Shown piece after piece: positions 16,910 to 24,166 of a stretch of DNA of 32,000 nucleotides. Under the pieces are notes generated by a model, which did no database searches, was not told the DNA's origin, and saw only the letters and a program-made list of their open reading frames with translations. Numbering within the stretch: the first letter of the stretch is position 1; the number at the start of each line of letters is the position of its first letter. Both the position numbers and the translations under genes were made by a program. The stretch comes from Candidatus Saccharimonadota bacterium (lineage in GTDB: Bacteria > Bacteroidota > Bacteroidia > Cytophagales > Amoebophilaceae), in the NCBI RefSeq assembly GCF_965196625.1, contig NZ_OZ239769.1:1080001-1112000 (forward strand), written 5' to 3'.

Positions 16910-17872
16910 TTGAAATTTCTTATTAGCTTACCTTTCTTGCTGTGGCTTGCGCCATTGGTTGCATTGCAGGCTACCAACCAATCCTTTTGGCGCCACATTC
17001 AACTAGAGGGTGCCTTTGGTCTAAAAGCGGATAGATATAAAGTGCATATTAATGGCATGCATCCTGGGAGGAAGGATGGTGAAATGCAAGTGCATGGCGA
17101 ACACCGAGATAGAACGGCCATAGGCGCCTACCGCATACGTTGGCATCATGCACCTTCTATTCATTTTCCAAGGGATAAAGATAAAGATGACCTCAAACCA
17201 AGTAGTTATAATCCTAAAAATATTTTTGGTTTCACCGGAAATGGCATGACCTTTTTTGGACAACTTTTGGCAACCGTCGACTGGAAAAGATTACGAATCG
17301 GTACTGGTGCAGCAATAAGGTGTTCTTTTTTAGAAAAGATGGTTGGCGAATGGGTCAATAATGACGCATCGGATAAAGAAGAGGATTTCGAATATACAGC
17401 ACTAAACTATACACCTGAGCGCGCTTATTACTTTACCTGGAGTCCGTTGCTGCGAGTCGGTTTTAAGCTAATTGAAAATCAAAGTTATAGTTTATTAACA
17501 GATGGTACTTGGGCACCTTGTATCTATAACTTTTCCGAATTGGGTAAGCACTATTATTGGATCTATGGACGTAATTTTGACTTAGGGGTTACATGGGAAA
17601 AACAGCTTGCACATTACATAAATGGAAGCCTGCGCGTGGCTTATGCTCTTTGTTTAAACAATGAGCTTGCGGAGCCGGAGATCCCATCGAGCGTGGATGA
17701 GCTGATTAGTACTGTAAGCCATTATACAGCTGGTATAAGTGCTCAAGTGGGAATCAGTATACGCATACCAGGGCTGAGTAGATGTCCTATAGCGGAATGC
17801 GCTACCAAGATAGACCATACACATGGCGGCAAATATTATAGAGGAGATGGAATTTTTACCGATTTATGGTAA
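16910..17872 (+). CDS. Hypothetical exported protein, possibly an outer-membrane beta-barrel
   Basis: It has a TTG start (16910-16912), which is the only start that preserves the signal peptide 'MKFLISLPFLLWLAPLVALQA'. The body is rich in alternating aromatic and polar stretches. The C-terminus '...GIFTDLW' ends in an aromatic residue, as in many OMPs. No known motif is present. Confidence 0.5.
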   Translation: MKFLISLPFLLWLAPLVALQATNQSFWRHIQLEGAFGLKADRYKVHINGMHPGRKDGEMQVHGEHRDRTAIGAYRIRWHHAPSIHFPRDKDKDDLKPSSYNPKNIFGFTGNGMTFFGQLLATVDWKRLRIGTGAAIRCSFLEKMVGEWVNNDASDKEEDFEYTALNYTPERAYYFTWSPLLRVGFKLIENQSYSLLTDGTWAPCIYNFSELGKHYYWIYGRNFDLGVTWEKQLAHYINGSLRVAYALCLNNELAEPEIPSSVDELISTVSHYTAGISAQVGISIRIPGLSRCPIAECATKIDHTHGGKYYRGDGIFTDLW

Positions 17873-17881
17873 TACAACCCT

Positions 17882-18805
17882 ATGGCTACAAGGCTAAAAT
17901 ATGAAATGGTAGATAGACAAAAAAAACTTTTTTTATTAGATGGCATGTCGCTTATCTACAGGGCACATTTTGCGCTTGAAAAGACAGCTGCCACTACCAC
18001 ACAGGGAATGAAAACAGGAGCGATACTAGGCTTTGTGAATACGCTCGTAGAGGTGCTACACAAAGAAAAACCTACCCACCTTATCGTCGCTTTTGATGGC
18101 AAAGAAAAAACCTTTCGGCATAGGCTGTTTCCAGCTTATAAATCGCACCGACCGGCACAACCAGAAGCTATCTCTATAGCAATACCTTATATCAAAGCGA
18201 TCTTAGATGGGTTTGGTATTCTATCTGTAACCCATCAGAGCTATGAAGCAGATGACTTACTGGGTACGTTGGCCAACCAGGCAAAGAGCATGGAATGTAC
18301 AACCTATATTATGTCTACAGATAAAGACTTGGCCCAGATGGTGCAAGATGGTATTTACCTCTATAAACCGAGTAGCCATGGCCAAAAAGCGACCATACTG
18401 GGTGAAAAGGAAATCGTAGCACAATGGGAAATCGCTAGGCCAGAACAAATAAAGGATATTTTAGCACTAGAGGGAGATCCTTCTGATTTTATTCCAGGTA
18501 TTCCCTCCATTGGCAAAAAAACGGCTCGGAAACTTATAAAAGAATTTGACAATCTAGAAAATCTATTGGCACATAGCGATCAACTCAAGGGTACACTAAA
18601 GAAAAACCTAAAGGCATATGCAGCACAAGGTATGCTTTCAAAAAGGCTAGCTACCATTCACACAGATGTACCGATTGCACTCGATTTAGAAAAATGCCAT
18701 TACCAAGGGCCAAATAGGGACAAATTGGAACCACTCTTTACCTTGCTGGAGTTTAAGCAACTGAGCCAACGCTTGTTTGGCAGAACAGGCGAATTGTTCG
18801 CATAA
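17882..18805 (+). CDS. Stand-alone 5'-3' exonuclease / flap endonuclease (DNA polymerase I N-terminal domain only)
   Basis: 307 aa. 'LFLLDGMSLIYRAHFAL', 'VAFDGKEKTFRHRLFPAYKSHR', 'YEADDLLGTLA', 'STDKDLAQMV' and 'GDPSDFIPGIPSIGKKTA' reproduce the conserved acidic clusters and H3TH motif of the Pol I 5' nuclease domain. The ORF stops where the Klenow part would begin, and cdsA follows. Confidence 0.9.
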   Translation: MATRLKYEMVDRQKKLFLLDGMSLIYRAHFALEKTAATTTQGMKTGAILGFVNTLVEVLHKEKPTHLIVAFDGKEKTFRHRLFPAYKSHRPAQPEAISIAIPYIKAILDGFGILSVTHQSYEADDLLGTLANQAKSMECTTYIMSTDKDLAQMVQDGIYLYKPSSHGQKATILGEKEIVAQWEIARPEQIKDILALEGDPSDFIPGIPSIGKKTARKLIKEFDNLENLLAHSDQLKGTLKKNLKAYAAQGMLSKRLATIHTDVPIALDLEKCHYQGPNRDKLEPLFTLLEFKQLSQRLFGRTGELFA

Positions 18806-18889
18806 TCAAGAGTGAGGGAGGTTTTGTTCCTCTTATTAAATTTTATATCATTGTAAGGTCTTATTCCTAGTTGTTTGGAATAGGGAAAG

Positions 18890-19768
18890 ATGCAGGCGCT
18901 GCATCATGTATTCAAAACAGAACCTACGCTTATGTTAAAGCAGCAAAACAATTTTGTGCAACGTTTTTTTTCGATTGTCTTTTTTACGCCTGTTATTATT
19001 TTTGCCATTTTTTGGTCTGCCTGGACCTATTTTTTGCTTTTCTTTTATGTGGTGATGCTGGCCATGTTAGAGTTTTACAAATTGCTGAAACAAGCCAATG
19101 TGTCCCCTATGCGGGGCTATGGCATTTGGCTAGGGCTGCTGTTGTATACCATCATATTTGCCTATTATCTTCAAGATAATTTTTCACCCATATTAGGCTA
19201 TGGTGCTATTCCATTCACTATATTTATATATATAGCGGCGCTATATAGCCGAAAGGCTTCTAACCCTTTTTTAGATATTGCAGCTACTTTTTTAGGCATT
19301 TTATATATTGCCATTCCTTGTGGGATGCTGCATTACCTAGCCTTTTTTAAGGGCATCTATTCGAGCCAATTGATATTGGGTTTACTGGCCATTGTTTGGA
19401 GCCAAGATACCGGAGCCTACTTAGTAGGCTCAACGATAGGCAGAGCTAAGTTTTTCAAACGAATCTCTCCTCAAAAAACATGGGAAGGCTTTTGGGGAGG
19501 TGCTTTATTTGCCATTATGGCAGGTTATGGGATCGCCTATTTTTTTAATATTTTACCACTATGGCAGTGGCTTTCCATTTCAGTGATTACCATTTTTACA
19601 GGCACCTACGGAGATTTAGTTGCCTCATTGCTTAAAAGAAGTGTAGATGTAAAAAACGCTAGCGAAATGATTCCAGGCCATGGAGGCCTCTTAGACAGGG
19701 TTGATAGCCTATTGTTAACCATCCCTGCCGTAGTTGCATTTTTAAAAATAGCTTTACTATATCAGTAA
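18890..19768 (+). CDS. cdsA: Phosphatidate cytidylyltransferase (CDP-diglyceride synthase)
   Basis: It is a multi-pass membrane protein with 'SQDTGAYLVGSTIGRAKFFKRISPQKTWEGFWGG' and 'GHGGLLDRVDS', the CdsA signature. The start may be the ATG at 18932. Confidence 0.9.
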   Translation: MQALHHVFKTEPTLMLKQQNNFVQRFFSIVFFTPVIIFAIFWSAWTYFLLFFYVVMLAMLEFYKLLKQANVSPMRGYGIWLGLLLYTIIFAYYLQDNFSPILGYGAIPFTIFIYIAALYSRKASNPFLDIAATFLGILYIAIPCGMLHYLAFFKGIYSSQLILGLLAIVWSQDTGAYLVGSTIGRAKFFKRISPQKTWEGFWGGALFAIMAGYGIAYFFNILPLWQWLSISVITIFTGTYGDLVASLLKRSVDVKNASEMIPGHGGLLDRVDSLLLTIPAVVAFLKIALLYQ

Positions 19769-19850
19769 ACAAAGTCCAAAACCATAAAAATGCTAGACTA
19801 CTGGATGGTTTATAACGCTACTATGGCGCTAGGTTTTAATTTTTCAAGTA

Positions 19851-20507
19851 ATGAAAATACATAAAGAAGGAAAAGAAATTTTATTGTGGACACCTATTCT
19901 CCTATTGCTTATTTACTATGGCATGCATAAAAAAGTGGCGCTTAGCTACCATCAATCCATAGGGTTTGCAGTAGTAAGTGCTGCTTTGTACTTTTGGTTA
20001 ATCTATTTTTTTAGAGATCCATACCGCATCATCCATACCCAAGATCAATATATATTAGGGCCAGCAGATGGTAAAGTCATTAGCATTCAGGAAGTATATG
20101 AAGAGGAATATCTACAAGAAACACGCATCAAAATTAGCATATTTATGTCTCCTTTTAATGTACATGTGAATCGATTTCCTATGTCTGGCAAGATTGTTTT
20201 CTTTAAATACCACCCGGGAAAGTACTTGGTGGCCTTTCATCCCAAAGCGAGTACGCATAATGAAAGAACCTCTATTGTCATTGAAAATGAGAATGGTCAA
20301 CAAATTCTTTTTAGGCAAATAGCTGGTTTTATGGCACGCCGTATCAAGTTTTATTTTAAAGAGGGTGAAGAAGTGCAACAGGGTGAAAAGTGTGGTTTTA
20401 TTAAATTTGGTTCAAGGGCAGAGGTTTACTTGCCCGTAGATGCAGCCATTCAAGTAGCAGTAGGAGACAAAATAAAAGGAGGCATTACAGTTTTGGCCAA
20501 AATATAG
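19851..20507 (+). CDS. psd: Phosphatidylserine decarboxylase proenzyme (short type)
   Basis: 218 aa. It has an N-terminal membrane anchor, 'FMSPFNVHVNRFPMSG', and the self-cleavage region 'GFIKFGSRAEVYLP' (G-S motif). Confidence 0.88.
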   Translation: MKIHKEGKEILLWTPILLLLIYYGMHKKVALSYHQSIGFAVVSAALYFWLIYFFRDPYRIIHTQDQYILGPADGKVISIQEVYEEEYLQETRIKISIFMSPFNVHVNRFPMSGKIVFFKYHPGKYLVAFHPKASTHNERTSIVIENENGQQILFRQIAGFMARRIKFYFKEGEEVQQGEKCGFIKFGSRAEVYLPVDAAIQVAVGDKIKGGITVLAKI

Positions 20508-20545
20508 CTTAGCCCTATGGGTTACCATTTTTTTATATAGAATAT

Positions 20546-22039
20546 ATGGCGGTACATGTGCGCTTTGCCCCTAGCCCAACGGGTGCATTGCATATTGGTA
20601 GTGTAAGAACAATTCTTTACAACTATCTTTTGGCCCAAAAAGAGGGGGGGCGCTTTATATTGCGCATTGAAGACACCGATCAAAAGCGTTTGGTGGCTAG
20701 TGCGGAATCTTACCTTTTAGAAAGCTTGCGCTGGCTAGGGATTGTACCAGATGAAGGCCCGGAACAAGGAGGGACATTTGGCCCCTACAAACAATCTGAA
20801 CGGCTTGGCATCTACCAAACCTATATACAACACCTCTTGGAGAGCGGACATGCCTATTATGCATTTGACACCCCAGGAGAGATCGAAGCAATGCGGGAGC
20901 GGCTTAAAGCGGCAAAGGTAGCCAATCCACAATACAATGCAATCAGCCGTGAATGGATGCGCAATGGGCTTACCATGCCTGCAGAACAGGTAGCGGAATG
21001 GATCGCAGCGGGTAAACCTTATGTGATTCGATTAAAAATGGCCCATAAGGGGTTAATACGCTTTCAAGATGGGGTTCGGGGCTGGGTAAAAGTAGACGCT
21101 TCGGTCTTGGATGATAAGGTATTGATGAAATCAGATGGTTGGCCTACCTACCACTTTGCTAGTATAGTGGATGACCACCTGATGCAAATTACCCATGTGA
21201 TCCGTGGTGAAGAGTGGCTCCCCTCCACACCGATTCATATATGGCTATATGGTTGTTTAGGTTGGGCCGATGAAATCCCCCAATTTATACATCTGCCGCT
21301 TCTATTATCACCCAATGGCAGCGGGAAGTTAAGCAAACGCCATGCGGATCAATATGGCTTCCCTGCATTCCCTATCGCTTGGAATCGCCCAGATCTTAGG
21401 GTTGAAAAAGCCTTTAGAGAAGCAGGCTATTTGCCAGAAGCATTGTTGAACTTTTTGGCTTTATTGGGCTGGAACCCAGGCACTAACCAAGAGGTGTTTA
21501 CCAAAGAGGCTTTAATAGAGGCTTTTTCCCTGGAACGACTAGGTAAGTCAGGGGTTAAGTTTGATATCGCTAAAGCGAAATGGTTTAACCAACAACATAT
21601 TAAAATACAAGGACCCACTGCTTGGGCGAGCTACTTTAGCACAGAAGCAATAAAAGAAAATATAACCTGCCGTCAGGAAGATGCAATAGCCATTTGCAAC
21701 TTGGTAAAGGATAGAATTACTTTTCCAAAGGATTTCTGGCAAGAAGGTAGGTTTTTCTTTTTTGATCCTGTTGATTATGACGCTGAACTGATCAAGCAAA
21801 GATGGAATACCCAAACCAAAGAGGGTATGGTGGCTTTTAGCAAAAGCATTGCTACGCTCATAGAATGGAAGGGGGAGACGATCAAACCGTTGGTGCAAGC
21901 TGTTCCTGCTATCATGCCCCTTTTGCGTATGGCCCTTACAGGCCGTAAGGCGGGTCCGGATCTTATAGACATTATAGTCCTACTGGGTAGAGATAAGACG
22001 CATAAAAGAATAGATGCTTTTTTAGAAAAATTAGGATAG
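20546..22039 (+). CDS. gltX: Glutamate--tRNA ligase
   Basis: 497 aa. The HIGH region is 'RFAPSPTGALHIGSVRT' and the KMSKS region is 'GSGKLSKRH'. Confidence 0.96.
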   Translation: MAVHVRFAPSPTGALHIGSVRTILYNYLLAQKEGGRFILRIEDTDQKRLVASAESYLLESLRWLGIVPDEGPEQGGTFGPYKQSERLGIYQTYIQHLLESGHAYYAFDTPGEIEAMRERLKAAKVANPQYNAISREWMRNGLTMPAEQVAEWIAAGKPYVIRLKMAHKGLIRFQDGVRGWVKVDASVLDDKVLMKSDGWPTYHFASIVDDHLMQITHVIRGEEWLPSTPIHIWLYGCLGWADEIPQFIHLPLLLSPNGSGKLSKRHADQYGFPAFPIAWNRPDLRVEKAFREAGYLPEALLNFLALLGWNPGTNQEVFTKEALIEAFSLERLGKSGVKFDIAKAKWFNQQHIKIQGPTAWASYFSTEAIKENITCRQEDAIAICNLVKDRITFPKDFWQEGRFFFFDPVDYDAELIKQRWNTQTKEGMVAFSKSIATLIEWKGETIKPLVQAVPAIMPLLRMALTGRKAGPDLIDIIVLLGRDKTHKRIDAFLEKLG

Positions 22040-22094
22040 ATTATCCTAATTGCTCTTGATAAGGAATTTTTTAGTTACTTATATCTTGATAAAA

Positions 22095-22284
22095 AGGATG
22101 ATGCTCACCACTTTTTTCTTGATAAAAAAGTGGACAAAAAATCAAGCCCTCGGTAAAAAGTTTCGGACCCCATTCCTTACAGATGGAAAAATAGAAAGCG
22201 CCCGCTGCGCGGGCTTCAGAGGAAGCTGTTTTTCCTAATCATCTGTAAGGAATGGGATCTATTTCGAAACTTTTTACAGGGGCG
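22095..22284. repeat. Full-length ~190-bp nested palindromic repeat (module 1 plus a long hairpin)
   Basis: It aligns end to end with 28585-28771, from 'aggatgat..ccactttt..cttgat.aaaaagtggacaaaaaatcaagccct..gtaaaaag' through to '..ctttttaca.gggcg'. Internal perfect arms are gtaaaaagtttcg (22153-22165)/cgaaactttttac (22265-22277) and cccattccttacagatg (22169-22185)/catctgtaaggaatggg (22240-22256). The GC-rich apex is gcccgc-tgc-gcgggc (22200-22214). Confidence 0.85.
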
Positions 22285-22387
22285 TTTTACTACATGACCT
22301 ATGAACAAAGGAAGGTTTTTTGCATTTCTCTGGTAGATCGGCGGTCAGCAGCGGTGGAGTATACGAATTAAATGTTCCCATAACATT

Positions 22388-24166
22388 ATGAAAAAATTAC
22401 CGATTGGTGTTGATAACTTTCATAAGTTAGCATCTAACGATTACCTATTTTGTGATAAGACAGCGATGATTGCTGATTTCCTAAAAAGCGGCGCAGAAGT
22501 TACACTCACTACCCGCCCCCGCCGTTGGGGTAAGACGCTCAATATGTCTATGCTACACCATTTTTTTGCCTCAGAGGTGAATGGGGTACCTACAGAAGGT
22601 TTATTTGATGACCTAGTAATTGGCAAACTAGAAGATGGTAGATACATTAAGGAACATCAAGGTAAGCATCCGGTTATTATGATCAGCTTTAAAGATGTGA
22701 ATGCAGATAACTTTGAGGGAGCTTACAATGCAGTGTATGAATTGATAACGACTGTTTATGAATCCTATACTTATTTATTTGATAGCGATAAGGTTAATAA
22801 AATACAGCTAAAAAAACTTTATAGAATTGTAAATAAACAGGCTAATCAACAAGAATTAGAATCATCTCTAAAGCTGCTTAGTCAATGCCTCTATCAACAC
22901 CATGGGCAGAAAATCTATATCCTCATAGATGAATATGATACGCCCTTAAACAAAGCTTATGGCAATAAGGCATACTTGGATGCTATGGTATCATTTATGC
23001 GCAACCTATTTAGCGCTGCTTTAAAAGGCAATACTGCCCTAGAAAGGGGGATATTAACGGGCATATTGCGTATTTCTAAAGATAGTATGCTTTCTGGGTT
23101 GAATAACCTAGAAACGTATACTGTTTTAGACGAAGAATATAGTGCTTACTTTGGCTTTAGTGAAGCAGAAGTTTCCTCTTTATTTCAAGAACAATCTCTT
23201 AGTACTTCTATAGAAGAGGTAAGAGATTGGTACAATGGATATAAAATAGGGAACTTGGTTAGGTATAATCCTTGGTCTATTATTTCTTGCATCAATAAAT
23301 CGGGCCATTTTGATGTCTACTGGGTCAATACGGGTAATAATAACTTAATAGAACACAAGGTACTTACTGCGCATGCTGATATAAAAGAACAGTTCGAACA
23401 GTTGATGCGCGGGGAGACCTTAACGATATCCATCAACAAACATCTTGCTTTTGATATCTTAGATAAAGACGATACCTCTTTTTGGAGCCTTTTATTGTTT
23501 GCTGGTTACTTGACCTTTGAAACAAGTAGTTTAAGTGCCTATACTACACTGTATGATTGTAGCGTCAAGGTTCCTAATTATGAAATATGGCGCCTCTATA
23601 GCACATTTTTTCAAGAGTGGTTTGTTAATCAGTTTGAGCGCAAGCGTCAATATGATGCTTTTGTAAAACATTTGATAGCTGGTGAGGTTGCTTCTTTTGT
23701 CGAACAACTTAGCGAATTTTTACGCCGCAGTGTGAGCTATTTTGATGCCAAAAAAAATAACAAATCAGAGGGGTTTTACCATGGATTTGTCTTAGGGATG
23801 TTATCAAGCTTGGGTATAACCCATTATATACGTTCCAATCGAGAAAGCGGTTTAGGTCGTTATGATCTTTTATTAATACCTAAAAAAGAAGGCACAAAGG
23901 CGTTGCTGTTAGAATTTAAGCAGGTTCGGAAAGAAGAAAAACTGGAAAATGCCTCTAAACTTGCATTAGATCAAATACAAACACAATCCTATCATACCGA
24001 ACTATTGCAATATCCTCATGTAAAAGAGGTAGTAGAATGCGGTATTGCTTTTTCTGGAAAGGAAGTGCTAGCTGCTTATGCAACTTATGATTTAGTGCGT
24101 AAACAGTCTGGATCAGTTCGTTTAACAGGTAAATATCGCTCAAACCCGTGCCTTTGCAGCAGCTAA
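22388..24166 (+). CDS. AAA-ATPase-like domain fused to a PD-(D/E)XK nuclease domain, paralogue 2
   Basis: 592 aa, collinear with 3237-5009. It carries the same 'TRPRRWGKTL', 'YILIDEYD' and 'GRYDLLLIP...ALLLEFKQV' motifs. The last 27 nt overlap the 3' end of the convergent ppdK. Confidence 0.8.
   Translation: MKKLPIGVDNFHKLASNDYLFCDKTAMIADFLKSGAEVTLTTRPRRWGKTLNMSMLHHFFASEVNGVPTEGLFDDLVIGKLEDGRYIKEHQGKHPVIMISFKDVNADNFEGAYNAVYELITTVYESYTYLFDSDKVNKIQLKKLYRIVNKQANQQELESSLKLLSQCLYQHHGQKIYILIDEYDTPLNKAYGNKAYLDAMVSFMRNLFSAALKGNTALERGILTGILRISKDSMLSGLNNLETYTVLDEEYSAYFGFSEAEVSSLFQEQSLSTSIEEVRDWYNGYKIGNLVRYNPWSIISCINKSGHFDVYWVNTGNNNLIEHKVLTAHADIKEQFEQLMRGETLTISINKHLAFDILDKDDTSFWSLLLFAGYLTFETSSLSAYTTLYDCSVKVPNYEIWRLYSTFFQEWFVNQFERKRQYDAFVKHLIAGEVASFVEQLSEFLRRSVSYFDAKKNNKSEGFYHGFVLGMLSSLGITHYIRSNRESGLGRYDLLLIPKKEGTKALLLEFKQVRKEEKLENASKLALDQIQTQSYHTELLQYPHVKEVVECGIAFSGKEVLAAYATYDLVRKQSGSVRLTGKYRSNPCLCSS

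Noticed and set aside
18871-19179. 102-aa ORF overlapping the 5' part of cdsA in another frame.
   Set aside because: The cdsA frame continues into the diagnostic CdsA signature. The alternative frame gives a Cys/Phe-rich nonsense-like peptide.
22031-22049. Hairpin ttaggata-gat-tatcctaa spanning the gltX stop codon, considered as a terminator.
   Set aside because: The 8-bp stem is almost entirely A/T and has no following U-run, so stability is too low to support a confident terminator call.
22050-22238. 62-aa ORF between gltX and paralogue 2.
   Set aside because: It lies entirely within the palindromic repeat element. The equivalent region of the 28585 copy has no ORF, so the reading frame is a by-product of the repeat.
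3237-24166. Whether the two ATPase-nuclease genes are an assembly duplication artefact or a very recent duplication.
   Set aside because: They differ at roughly a quarter of amino-acid positions and by many synonymous changes, have unrelated flanks and have different C-terminal tails. They are genuine old paralogues.
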